64,000 nt of DNA, from contig JAISLQ010000075.1 in assembly GCA_031290885.1 (NCBI GenBank), positions 41,670-105,669 on the forward strand, written 5' to 3'. Shown in pieces: positions 48,712 to 57,994 of this stretch (the stretch's first letter is position 1; every line of letters begins with the position of its first letter). The position numbers and the translations under genes are program-made. The notes under the pieces are model-generated. The model was not told the DNA's origin. It ran no database searches and worked only from the letters and a program-made list of their open reading frames with translations. The stretch comes from Acidaminococcales bacterium (GTDB lineage Bacteria; Bacillota; Negativicutes; Acidaminococcales; JAISLQ01).

Positions 48712-48778
48712 TTCTATAGCTATCTGCAAAAATGATGGCCGTTGACAAACGGCGGATATGGCGGGAGGATTTTGCGCG

Positions 48779-48913
48779 ATGAAAAGGACTTACCAGCCAA
48801 ACAATCTTTGGCGCAAACGGACGCACGGCTTTCGTGAACGAATGAAAACCATCGGCGGGCGCGCTGTTTTAAAGCGGCGCCGCGCGCGCGGCCGGAAAAG
48901 GCTGTCGGCGTAA
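48779..48913 (+). CDS. rpmH: 50S ribosomal protein L34
   Basis: Not in the ORF track (44 aa): [53 protein letters not shown]. Confidence 0.95.
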   Translation: MKRTYQPNNLWRKRTHGFRERMKTIGGRAVLKRRRARGRKRLSA

Positions 48914-49015
48914 AGCGCGGCGTTTTCGCGCGTGGCGCGCCGCTTGGCGGAATTTGCCGCGCGGCTGGGGCAACAGATCGCTTTTGGCCGGGCGGTTAGA
49001 CGGGGAAAATATTAA

Positions 49016-49420
49016 ATGGCTGAAAACGGCGGGCGGCTAAGCTATAAATTCGGGCGTTCTTTGCGGCTGCGCAAAAAGAAAGATTTCCAGAAAGTTTACG
49101 AAAAAGGCAGGTCTTTCGGCGATTATGCCGGAATTTTGCGCGTATTGCCTTTGCGCGGGTCGCAGGAAAAAAGATTCGGCGTGGCGGCGGGCAAAAAGCT
49201 TGGCAATGCCGTGCGGCGCAACCGAATGAAAAGAATGATGCGGGAAGTTTGCCGGCATTTTCAGCATGAAGTGAAAGAAGGCGCCGCTTTCATCTGGATC
49301 GCCCGCCGGCCTTTGCTGAAGGCCGGGCGGGAGGCGTTTGAAAGGACATTTTTGAATTTAGCGGAAAAGGCGCGCATTTTAGTAAAAAAAGAACGCGGGG
49401 AAGAATGCGAAAAGCACTGA
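49016..49420 (+). CDS. rnpA: ribonuclease P protein component
   Basis: 134 aa. [11 protein letters not shown] and [11 protein letters not shown] (RNR motif), downstream of rpmH. Confidence 0.9.
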   Translation: MAENGGRLSYKFGRSLRLRKKKDFQKVYEKGRSFGDYAGILRVLPLRGSQEKRFGVAAGKKLGNAVRRNRMKRMMREVCRHFQHEVKEGAAFIWIARRPLLKAGREAFERTFLNLAEKARILVKKERGEECEKH

Positions 49421-49614
49421 TTTTACTCATTCGTTTTTACCAATTGTGCATATCGCCGTTTTTGGGTGCCAATTGCCGTTTTTATCCGACTTGTTCCGCT
49501 TACGCTGTAACGGCCATAGAAAAATATGGCGCGGGCAAAGGCAGTTTTTTGGCCATCAAGCGGATACTGCGCTGCCATCCTTTTCATAAAGGCGGCTACG
49601 ACCCAGTTGTTTGA
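49405..49614 (+). CDS. yidD: membrane protein insertion efficiency factor YidD
   Basis: 69 aa with the [10 protein letters not shown] motif. Confidence 0.9.
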   Translation: MRKALILLIRFYQLCISPFLGANCRFYPTCSAYAVTAIEKYGAGKGSFLAIKRILRCHPFHKGGYDPVV

Positions 49615-49656
49615 AAGATCGGATGGCCGGGACAAAATAGGGGTGATGTTATAAAA

Positions 49657-50349
49657 ATGGCAGGCATAGCGGATTTATTTATAGAGTTTATCCAAAAAAT
49701 GATTGAGTTTTGTTACCAGGCCGGCGCGGCCGCCGGTTTCGCCAATTATGGGTTTGCCATTATTTTATTCACTCTCATAATCAAATTGGCAATGTATCCC
49801 CTGACAAGAAAACAGATACAATCCACGAAAGCCATGCAGGAAATACAGCCGCAGATGAAGGCCCTGCAGGAAAGATATAAAAACGACAAACAAAGGCTTC
49901 AGGAAGAGACCTTGAAACTATACAAAGAAACCGGCTTTAATCCTCTGGCCGGCTGTTTGCCGCTGGTGGCGCAGATGCCTGTCCTGATGGGCATTTTTTT
50001 CGCTTTGAAAGGATTTGACTACGGCGGCAGCCCGCCGTCTTTTTTATGGATGCCCAGCTTGGCGGAGCCTGATCCCTACTATATAATGCCTGTGCTGTCC
50101 GGGCTGACCACTTTAGCGCAGTCCTACTATACCATGCCCGACACGTCTTCCGGCCAGAACCGGATGATGCTTTATTTTATGCCGCTTTTTATCGGCTATA
50201 TTAGTTTGCAGTTTGCCGCCGGGCTGGTCCTTTACTGGGTAACAACCAATATTTTGCAGGTCGCGCAGCAATTTTGGCACGCGCGCGGAGACAGACGGGA
50301 GGCGGCGGCAAAAACCGGACAGAAATCCACCAGCAAAAGGAGGCCTTAA
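49657..50349 (+). CDS. yidC: membrane protein insertase YidC/SpoIIIJ
   Basis: 230 aa with the YPLTRKQ and LYWVTTNI motifs of Oxa1/YidC. Confidence 0.9.
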   Translation: MAGIADLFIEFIQKMIEFCYQAGAAAGFANYGFAIILFTLIIKLAMYPLTRKQIQSTKAMQEIQPQMKALQERYKNDKQRLQEETLKLYKETGFNPLAGCLPLVAQMPVLMGIFFALKGFDYGGSPPSFLWMPSLAEPDPYYIMPVLSGLTTLAQSYYTMPDTSSGQNRMMLYFMPLFIGYISLQFAAGLVLYWVTTNILQVAQQFWHARGDRREAAAKTGQKSTSKRRP

Positions 50350-50356
50350 TTAAAAA

Positions 50357-50989
50357 ATGCCCAACGTAGTCGAGAAAACCGGAAAATCTTTGGAAGAGGC
50401 GCTTAAAGCCGCTTTGGACGAAATTGGCGTGGAAAAAGACAAAGTAGAATACGAAGTAGTGGAAGAAAAAGAAAAAAAAGGTTTGTTCGGCTTGTTTGGC
50501 ACAAAGCAGGTTACCGTCCGCGTATCGGTACGCGCGGTCGCCCCGGCGGACGCGGCGAAAGAATTTTTGGCCGGCATTTTTGAAAAAATGGCGATGGAAG
50601 TTTTGATCGAAAAGTTTGCGGGCGAAGATGACACGGTGAATTTAGAAATATACGGTTCGGACATGGGCCTTTTGATCGGCAAACACGGACAGACGCTGGA
50701 AGCGTTGCAGTACCTGGCCAATCTGGTTGCCAACAAAGGGCGTGAAACTTGGGTAAAAATCCTGTTGGACATTGAAAACTACCGTAAACGGCGGGAAGAA
50801 ACCCTAAGCAAATTGGCCCTGCGACTGGCGGACAAAGTCAAGCGCGGCGGCGAGCGCGTAGCGCTTGAGCCGATGAATTCGCACGAGCGCAAGATAATCC
50901 ATATGGCGCTGCAGGACGACCGGCGGATCACTACATACAGCGAAGGCGAAGGCCATTACCGGCACGTGGTGATAATTCCCAAGAAATAA
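50357..50989 (+). CDS. jag: Jag/KhpB RNA-binding protein (KH + R3H)
   Basis: 210 aa with a Jag-N domain, a GKHGQTL KH motif and HERKIIH (R3H). Confidence 0.85.
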   Translation: MPNVVEKTGKSLEEALKAALDEIGVEKDKVEYEVVEEKEKKGLFGLFGTKQVTVRVSVRAVAPADAAKEFLAGIFEKMAMEVLIEKFAGEDDTVNLEIYGSDMGLLIGKHGQTLEALQYLANLVANKGRETWVKILLDIENYRKRREETLSKLALRLADKVKRGGERVALEPMNSHERKIIHMALQDDRRITTYSEGEGHYRHVVIIPKK

Positions 50990-51033
50990 CCTAAGCGGCC
51001 GCCCTTGCGCCAAAGGGCGGCCGCTTAGGTTTT
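50990..51033 (+). terminator. strong intrinsic terminator after jag
   Basis: CCTAAGCGGCCGCCCTT-GCGCCA-AAGGGCGGCCGCTTAGG followed by TTTT. Confidence 0.7.
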
Positions 51034-51084
51034 GGCGCGCCCGGCGCGCGGTTTTGCCAAAAAAGTTTCTTTGCGGGAGGAAAT

Positions 51085-52467
51085 ATGTCCCCTGACACGA
51101 TAAGCGCCATTTGCACAGCCGCCGGCGAAGGCGCGGTCGGCATTGTGCGGATAAGCGGCCCGGGCAGCGCGCCGATCGCCGGCAAAATATTCAAAGCCAA
51201 AAGCGCTCTTTCGCTTGAGGCGGCGGACAGCCATAAAATGCTTTACGGGCACGTTTGCGATCAAGGCGATATAATTGACGAAGCCTTTTGCGTCTACATG
51301 CGCGCCCCCCGTTCCTATACGGCGGAAGATGTCGTGGAGATTCATTGCCACGGCGGGCGGGCGGCCTTAGGGAAAGTCTTGGCGCTGACCCGCGCGCACG
51401 GGGCGCGCATGGCCGAGCCGGGGGAATTTACCCAAAGGGCTTTTTTGAACGGGCGCATAGATTTGGCCCAGGCGGAGGCCGTAATGTCCATAATCCGCGC
51501 TGGCAGCGCGTCGGCTTTGCGGCAGGCGGTTTATCAGCAGGAGGGGATGTTGTCCGCCGAAATAAAAGCTATGCGCGCCAAGCTGAAAGACCTGCTGGCG
51601 CGGGCGCGGGCGGCGCTTGACTACCCGGAAGAAGATTTGCGTCCGCCGTCCGCCGCCGAAGAGCTCGCCCTGCTTACGGAACTTAAAGATCAGGCGGACC
51701 GGCTGCTGAATACCGCCCCGGCCGGCCGGATAATCAAAGACGGCTTGCGGGCGGTGATCGCCGGCCGGCCAAATGTGGGAAAATCCAGCCTGCTCAATAG
51801 CCTGGCCGGGTATGAGGCCGCCATCGTCACGGAAGTGGCGGGTACGACTAGGGACAGCATAGAGCAGGAGCTGATTTTGGGGGACATGCCGCTGATTCTT
51901 GTCGATACGGCGGGAGTGAGGGAAACGGCCGACAAAGTGGAGAAAATCGGCATAGAAAAAAGCCTGGAAAAAATGGGGCGGGCTGACCTGATTTTGTTTG
52001 TTTTGGACGGATCGGAACCTTTGACGGCGGACGATCGGTTTTTGTTGGCCAATTTCCCGGGCAAACCCTGCCTTGTTTTGATCAACAAAAGCGATCTGCC
52101 GGCAAGGGCGTCGCGCGCCGAAGTAAAAGCTCTCGCAAGCTGTGCGGGGGATGACATTATCAACATATCCGTGAAAGATAAAAGCGGCTGGCCGATTTTG
52201 CAAGAGCGCCTGCGGCAAAAGGCCGGCGGCGCGGGCGCTCTTTTGACGGAAGGGGCCTGTGTGCAGGAACAGAGGCACGCCGAACTTCTGGCAAAAGCGG
52301 CGGCCAGCCTTGGCGACGCAAAAGCGGCGGCGCGCGCGGATTTGCCGCTGGACTGCCTCTTGATCGACTGTGAAAACGCTTTTTGCGAATTGGGGAAAAT
52401 TACAGGCGAGACGGCCAGCGATGAAATACTGCGGGAAATATTTTCCCGGTTTTGTTTGGGCAAATAG
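51085..52467 (+). CDS. mnmE: tRNA modification GTPase MnmE
   Basis: 460 aa with GRPNVGKSS and DTAG motifs and the C-terminal CLGK tetrapeptide. Confidence 0.95.
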   Translation: MSPDTISAICTAAGEGAVGIVRISGPGSAPIAGKIFKAKSALSLEAADSHKMLYGHVCDQGDIIDEAFCVYMRAPRSYTAEDVVEIHCHGGRAALGKVLALTRAHGARMAEPGEFTQRAFLNGRIDLAQAEAVMSIIRAGSASALRQAVYQQEGMLSAEIKAMRAKLKDLLARARAALDYPEEDLRPPSAAEELALLTELKDQADRLLNTAPAGRIIKDGLRAVIAGRPNVGKSSLLNSLAGYEAAIVTEVAGTTRDSIEQELILGDMPLILVDTAGVRETADKVEKIGIEKSLEKMGRADLILFVLDGSEPLTADDRFLLANFPGKPCLVLINKSDLPARASRAEVKALASCAGDDIINISVKDKSGWPILQERLRQKAGGAGALLTEGACVQEQRHAELLAKAAASLGDAKAAARADLPLDCLLIDCENAFCELGKITGETASDEILREIFSRFCLGK

Positions 52468-52476
52468 GAGGGCTAC

Positions 52477-54351
52477 GTGGCCGATAATTATGACGTCGTT
52501 GTCATCGGCGGCGGGCCCGCCGGCTGCGAGGCGGCGCTGGCCAGCGCCCGGCTGGGCGCGAAAACGCTGATGGCGACAATCAGCATGGACAATATTGGGT
52601 TTATGCCTTGCAACCCTTCCATCGGCGGCCCGGCCAAAGGGCATTTGGTGCGCGAAGTGGACGCTTTGGGCGGGCAAATGGGGATAATTGCCGACCAAGC
52701 CGCCATACAGACGCGCGTTTTGAACAAAGGCAAAGGGCCCGCCGTCCAAGCGCTGCGCATACAGGCCGATAAAGCTCTCTATCAGCGCCTGATGAAACAA
52801 GCCGTGGAAGCACAGGAAAACCTTGACGTAAAACAACTGATGATTGATGAAATCCTGCTTGAAAACGGCGCGGCGGCAGGCGTGCGGGACGAAGCGGGAG
52901 AAATTTTCGCCGCCGGCGCGGTCGTCGTCGCCACCGGCACCTATCTGCGCAGCCGGATCATTTACGGCGCGGTAAACTACGCCGGCGGGCCCAATGGCAT
53001 GCGTTCCGCCCGTCGGCTGTCCGTTTGTTTTAACAAACTCGGCCTGAAAACCATGCGCTTTAAAAGCGGCACCCCGGCGCGGGTGGACAAAAAATCCCTG
53101 GACTTTGGCCGGATGCAAATACAGCCGGGAGACGAAGAGCTGCGCGCCTTTTCCTTTTTGACGGATCCTTTGCCGCGGGAACAGGTTTCCTGCTGGCTTA
53201 CCTATACCAACGAACAGACGCACCGGGTGATAAAAGACAACCTCAGCCGCGCGGCCATGTTTAACGGCCAGGTGGAGGGGATAGGCCCGCGCTACTGCCC
53301 GTCGATCGAGACGAAAATCGTCCGTTTCGCGGATAAAAGCCGGCACCAACTTTTTGTTGAACCGGAAGGGACGGCGACCGACGAAATGTACGTACAGGGC
53401 ATGTCAACCTCTTTGCCGGCGGATGTGCAGGTGGCTTTCCTGCGCACAATACCCGGCCTGGAAAAAGTGAAAATGATGCGGGCAGGTTACGCGATTGATT
53501 ACGACTGCCTTGACCCGCTGCAACTTAATCCTTCTTTGGAACATAAAGAAATCGCCGGATTGTTTTCCGCCGGCCAGTCCAATGGCACCAGCGGCTACGA
53601 AGAAGCCGCCGCCCAGGGGATCGTTGCGGGAATAAACGCCGCGCGCAAGATACGCGGGCAGCCGCCGTTTCTCCTTTCCCGGGCGGACGCCTACATCGGC
53701 GTATTGATTGACGACTTGGTAACCAAAGGGACGGACGAACCTTATCGCATGATGACATCAAGGGCGGAGTACCGGCTTTTGCTGCAACACGACAACGCCG
53801 ATTTGCGCCTTACGGAAAAAGGGCGGCGGCTTGGACTGGTAGACGGCCTGCGCTATGAAAGGTTTCGCGCCAAACATTCAGCGGTTGAGCGGGCGCTGGC
53901 GCAACTGAGCCTGAGCCGGATAACGCCGGCGGCAGAAAACAGCCGCTTTCTGCGACTTCTCGGCAGCGCGGATATAAACAGCGGGCTGAGCCTGGCACAG
54001 CTTTTGAAGCGTCCGGAGATACGTTACCGGGACATAAAGGATTTTTTCCATTTGGAAGACTTGACGGCCGAACAAGCGGAACAAGTGGAAACACGCATAA
54101 AATACGCCGACTACATTCAAAAGCAAAAAGCGCAGGTAGAAAAAAACGGACGGCTGGAAGGCAGAAAATTGCCGCCAGACATGGATTATCACGCCATAAA
54201 GGAAATAGCCGTGGAAGCGCGGGAAAAACTTGCCAGGATAAAACCCGCGTCCGTCGGACAGGCCGCGCGCGTACCGGGCGTTTCGCCGGCGGACATAAAC
54301 ATGCTCCTGATCTGGCTGAAAGCCAATCGGAATGGGGACGGCATTGTTTAA
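52477..54351 (+). CDS. mnmG: tRNA uridine 5-carboxymethylaminomethyl modification enzyme MnmG
   Basis: 624 aa with a VIGGGPAGCEAA FAD-binding motif. GTG start after AGGAGG. Confidence 0.97.
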   Translation: MADNYDVVVIGGGPAGCEAALASARLGAKTLMATISMDNIGFMPCNPSIGGPAKGHLVREVDALGGQMGIIADQAAIQTRVLNKGKGPAVQALRIQADKALYQRLMKQAVEAQENLDVKQLMIDEILLENGAAAGVRDEAGEIFAAGAVVVATGTYLRSRIIYGAVNYAGGPNGMRSARRLSVCFNKLGLKTMRFKSGTPARVDKKSLDFGRMQIQPGDEELRAFSFLTDPLPREQVSCWLTYTNEQTHRVIKDNLSRAAMFNGQVEGIGPRYCPSIETKIVRFADKSRHQLFVEPEGTATDEMYVQGMSTSLPADVQVAFLRTIPGLEKVKMMRAGYAIDYDCLDPLQLNPSLEHKEIAGLFSAGQSNGTSGYEEAAAQGIVAGINAARKIRGQPPFLLSRADAYIGVLIDDLVTKGTDEPYRMMTSRAEYRLLLQHDNADLRLTEKGRRLGLVDGLRYERFRAKHSAVERALAQLSLSRITPAAENSRFLRLLGSADINSGLSLAQLLKRPEIRYRDIKDFFHLEDLTAEQAEQVETRIKYADYIQKQKAQVEKNGRLEGRKLPPDMDYHAIKEIAVEAREKLARIKPASVGQAARVPGVSPADINMLLIWLKANRNGDGIV

Positions 54352-55060
54352 GAAAATCGTGGAAGCGGCGGCGGCGCAAAGCGGGATAGCCTTGGACGCC
54401 GGGCAGTTGGCGCAATTTTCCCTGTATTTGGAGCTGCTCGCGCAAGCCAACGAAAAGATGAACCTGACCGCGATTTCCGGCCCGGAGGAAATTGCCGTCA
54501 AACATTTTATCGACTCGCTGACAGTATACGATGCCAAATACTTCCCGGCCGGCGCGCTGGTCTGCGACGTTGGCACCGGCGCCGGGTTTCCCGGCCTGCC
54601 GTTGAAAATCTTCCGGCCGGATCTCAAAGTGGCGCTTTTGGACGCCACCGCCAAAAAACTGGCCTTTTTGGACAGGCTGATAGCGGCTCTGCAATTGACC
54701 GGCGTCGGCACCTGCCATATCCGGGCGGAAGACGCCGGCCGCTCCCCGCGCTGGCGGGAACGCTATGATGTAGTTACGGCGCGCGCGGTCGCCCCCTTTA
54801 AAGTGCTTTGCGAGTATTGCCTGCCCTTGGTAAAAGTCGGCGGCGTGTTTGCCGCCATGCGGGCGCGGCGGGCGCGGGAAGAAAGCGCGGAAGCGGAAAA
54901 CGCGGCCATGCTGCTGGGCGGGCGGACGGAAAACATAAAAGAAGCGCGTCTGCCCGGCCGTCCGGACGTGCGGGCGATAATCTACCTGCGCAAAATAAAG
55001 CCGACACCGCCGCTTTATCCGCGCAAAGCCGGACGAATGGGCAAAGGCCCGCCGCTGTGA
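54332..55060 (+). CDS. rsmG: 16S rRNA (guanine527-N7)-methyltransferase
   Basis: 242 aa with MNLTAI, DVGTGAGFPGLPLKI and ARAVA motifs. Confidence 0.9.
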   Translation: MGTALFKKIVEAAAAQSGIALDAGQLAQFSLYLELLAQANEKMNLTAISGPEEIAVKHFIDSLTVYDAKYFPAGALVCDVGTGAGFPGLPLKIFRPDLKVALLDATAKKLAFLDRLIAALQLTGVGTCHIRAEDAGRSPRWRERYDVVTARAVAPFKVLCEYCLPLVKVGGVFAAMRARRAREESAEAENAAMLLGGRTENIKEARLPGRPDVRAIIYLRKIKPTPPLYPRKAGRMGKGPPL

Positions 55061-55127
55061 CGGCGGTTCCGGCGGCGGGGGAATCTATAATTTCTTTCCC
55101 GGAGAATGGCGGCCAAAGTGAAAAATA

Positions 55128-55136
55128 TGTTATAAT
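55128..55136 (+). promoter_or_regulatory. extended -10 element TGTTATAAT upstream of noc
   Basis: Read directly; about 48 nt upstream of the ATG at 55184. Confidence 0.4.
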
Positions 55137-55183
55137 TGACAAACAAAGAAAGGAACGGATCAGCAACTTATCGGGGGTGCTTT

Positions 55184-56107
55184 ATGGAAATCCAGGACAC
55201 GGTCAGGCTGGCGGAAGCGGATCAAACGGGCAGGGCGGTTGTCAATGTGCCGATCGGCAATATTATTCCCAATCCTTTCCAGCCCCGCCGGTTTTTCGAT
55301 GCCGACGCGTTGCAGGAGTTGGCCGAATCAATAAAGGAATACGGCATATTGCAGCCGCTGTTGGTCGTGCCGCTGGAAGGGGAACAATATCTTTTAATTG
55401 CCGGCGAGCGGCGCTTGCGCGCCGCCTATGTGGCGGGAATAGGATCCATACCCGTTCTGCTGGGCAATTATAGCAGCCAGGAAGTCGCCGAAATCGCCAT
55501 GATTGAAAACCTGCAGCGCGAAGATTTGCACTTTCTGGACGAAGCCAGCGGCTACGAGCTTTTAATGCGCGAATTTGACATAACTCAGGAAGAATTGGCG
55601 AAGAGGGTAGGAAAGAACCAATCCACCATCGCCAACAAACTGCGGATACTGAAATTGAGCAAAGCGGTGCTGGATGGCCTGCGCGCCGCCTCCCTGACCG
55701 AGCGCCACGCCAGGGCCCTTTTGAAGCTGCCGGAAGAAAGCCAGCAATTGTCGGTGCTGCAAGCCGCGGCGGACAATGAATTGAACGTGCGGCAGACAGA
55801 AGAATTGGTGGAGCGCCTGCTCGTATATGCCGCGGAAGGGACGGTGTCCGCCCCGGAACAGCTGGGCGGGAAAAGAACCAGAATTATCCGCGACGTGCGC
55901 ATTTTTGTCAACAGCATCAAAAAAGTCGTCGACGATATTAAAAAAATCGGCATAAACGTCAAATTAGACAAACAAGAAACCGACAAGGAACTGATTCTTA
56001 CAATGAAAGTGCCTTTGAGCCCGCCGCCCTCTAAAACGAAGCGCCGGGCGGAGGGGAAGGGCGGCTGCCCTGTCCGGGCCGATTTTGGCCCTGCGGCCGG
56101 CGGGTAG
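55184..56107 (+). CDS. noc: ParB-family nucleoid occlusion protein-like
   Basis: ParB N-domain (IIPNPFQPRR, LLIAGERRLRA) and an HTH. It is the first of two parB paralogues, located after rsmG as in Bacillus. Confidence 0.75.
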   Translation: MEIQDTVRLAEADQTGRAVVNVPIGNIIPNPFQPRRFFDADALQELAESIKEYGILQPLLVVPLEGEQYLLIAGERRLRAAYVAGIGSIPVLLGNYSSQEVAEIAMIENLQREDLHFLDEASGYELLMREFDITQEELAKRVGKNQSTIANKLRILKLSKAVLDGLRAASLTERHARALLKLPEESQQLSVLQAAADNELNVRQTEELVERLLVYAAEGTVSAPEQLGGKRTRIIRDVRIFVNSIKKVVDDIKKIGINVKLDKQETDKELILTMKVPLSPPPSKTKRRAEGKGGCPVRADFGPAAGG

Positions 56108-56233
56108 CTTGCGGGTGATTGCCGAAAGCGGACATCTATCTTTCGACTGGTTTTACAAGAACGCGCAAAAAAATCCGGCAACGGCCGTCCGGAACCGGCT
56201 GGGGGAAAACGCGTTCGCACAGGGGATGAAATT

Positions 56234-56995
56234 ATGGGCAAAAGCATAGCGATAGCCAATCAAAAAGGCGGCGTCGGCAAGACCACCACGGCGATCAATC
56301 TTTGCGCCTGCTTGGCGGATTTTGGCCGCCGTACGCTTTTGGTGGACGCGGACCCGCAGGGCAACGCGACCAGCGGGCTGGGGATTGACAAGGACAAAGC
56401 GCCGCTTTGCGTGTACGACGGCTTAATCAACTGGGCGGCGGCGGTCGGCATCATTCAGCCGGCGCCGGAGGCCGGGCTTGATGTCATGCCCAGTGCCATC
56501 CGGCTGGCAGGCGCGGAATTGGAACTGGCCGCCGCGCCGGAGCGCGAGTTCCGCCTGAAAAAACTGCTTTGGCCGGTCAAAGACAACTATGACTATATCG
56601 TCATAGACTGCCCACCCTCCCTAGGGCTTTTGGCCGTAAACGCGCTGACGGCGGCCGATTCGGTGCTTATTCCTATACAGTGCGAATTTTACGCGCTGGA
56701 AGGGGTCGCCCAATTCATGAACACCGTAAACTTGATCCGGGAGGCATTTAATCCGTCCCTCCAATTAGAAGGCATAATCATGACCATGTACGATGGCCGC
56801 ACCAATCTTTCCGCGCAAGTGGAGGACGAAGTGCGGCGGCATTTCGGCGCGAAAGTTTATCAAACCATTATTCCCCGCAACGTACGGTTGAGCGAGGCCC
56901 CCAGTTTTGGCCGGTCCGTCCTGCAATATGACCGCAAATCAAGAGGCGCGGAAGAATACATGAGTTTTGCCCGGGAGGTTTTGGGGAATGAATGA
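56234..56995 (+). CDS. parA: chromosome partitioning ATPase ParA/Soj
   Basis: 253 aa with the deviant Walker A NQKGGVGKTT. Confidence 0.93.
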   Translation: MGKSIAIANQKGGVGKTTTAINLCACLADFGRRTLLVDADPQGNATSGLGIDKDKAPLCVYDGLINWAAAVGIIQPAPEAGLDVMPSAIRLAGAELELAAAPEREFRLKKLLWPVKDNYDYIVIDCPPSLGLLAVNALTAADSVLIPIQCEFYALEGVAQFMNTVNLIREAFNPSLQLEGIIMTMYDGRTNLSAQVEDEVRRHFGAKVYQTIIPRNVRLSEAPSFGRSVLQYDRKSRGAEEYMSFAREVLGNE

Positions 56996-57866
56996 CAACA
57001 AGCAGAACAGGCTGGGAAAAGGGCTGGACGCGCTTTTGCCCGCATCCTCCTCTTCCGCGCCCACGCTTTTGGAAACGGGAAAGCTTAGGCCCAACCCGCG
57101 GCAGCCGCGCAAGAATTTCGACTCGGAAAAAATGCGGGAGCTGGCAAGCTCCATCCGGCAGCACGGAATCATTCAGCCGCTCATCGTCCGGCCGGTGGGC
57201 GACGGCTATGAAATAGTCGCGGGCGAACGGCGCTGGCGGGCGGCGCGCGAACTGGCGCTGGAAACAGTGCCGGCGCTTGTCCGGAATTATACGGACGCGC
57301 AAATCATGCAAATCGCTTTGATCGAAAACATTCAAAGGCATGACCTCAACCCCATTGAAGAAGCGGAAGCGTTCAAGCAACTTATCGAGGCCGGCCTTAC
57401 CCAAGAAGAAATAGCGCAAAAAATAGGCCGCAGCCGTCCGGCGGTGGCCAACACCCTGCGCCTGCTTAACCTGCCGGAAAAGGTGCGGGAATTTGTTTCA
57501 CGTGGAACTATGAACATGGGGCAAGCCCGTCCGCTTTTGGCCTTGTCGGATCGAAAACAACAGGCCGCCGCCGCTGAAAAGATCGTAGCTGACGGAATGA
57601 GCGCGCGCGCGGCGGAAAGTTACATAAACAAATTGACGCAGACGGCGGAGAGGGCAACGCAGCCCCCGCCTGCGGACATACATACGGCAGAGATAGAAGA
57701 TCGGCTCGCTTTGGCTTTGGGGACGCAGGTGCGCGTCAAAAGGCAAGGCGGCAAGGGAAAGATTTTGATTGATTTTTATTCCGACCAGGATCTGGAACGG
57801 TTGCTGGAAATATTTTCACGGCCGCAGCCGCCGGCCGTTGTCGGCAAAGGCGGGTTTGCGGTATAG
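56988..57866 (+). CDS. parB: chromosome partitioning protein ParB/Spo0J
   Basis: Start at MNDNKQNRLGKGLDALL, with IVAGERRWRAA and HTH motifs. Confidence 0.93.
   Translation: MNDNKQNRLGKGLDALLPASSSSAPTLLETGKLRPNPRQPRKNFDSEKMRELASSIRQHGIIQPLIVRPVGDGYEIVAGERRWRAARELALETVPALVRNYTDAQIMQIALIENIQRHDLNPIEEAEAFKQLIEAGLTQEEIAQKIGRSRPAVANTLRLLNLPEKVREFVSRGTMNMGQARPLLALSDRKQQAAAAEKIVADGMSARAAESYINKLTQTAERATQPPPADIHTAEIEDRLALALGTQVRVKRQGGKGKILIDFYSDQDLERLLEIFSRPQPPAVVGKGGFAV
57494..57509. promoter_or_regulatory. parS: parS site (15/16 match) inside parB
   Basis: TGTTTCACGTGGAACT versus the consensus TGTTNCACGTGNAACA. Confidence 0.6.
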
Positions 57867-57994
57867 GCTGTTGGGCGGGAAGCTGATCCTAAGTTGGATG
57901 GCCGGCAACGAAAGCGTTGAAAGCTCATAGTTCGGTATTTGCGTAAAAGCGCGTAAGGCGCCGGTTAAGCCAACGGCAAGCGCGGGAGGAATTA

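Larger units (their letters stand above)
38640..48740. mobile_element. roughly 10-kb accessory island inserted between dnaA and rpmH (no intact mobility gene)
   Basis: It is bracketed by collinear repeats of the rpmH promoter region. The content is defence, resistance and transposase-remnant genes, and the composition is lower in G+C than the flanking core genes to the right. Confidence 0.55.

Noticed and set aside
52036-52049. ATTTCCCGGGCAAA as a Noc-binding site.
   Set aside because: It matches the Bacillus NBS consensus ATTTCCCGGGAAAT at only 12 of 14 positions and lies within mnmE. This is not distinguishable from chance in a G+C-rich genome.
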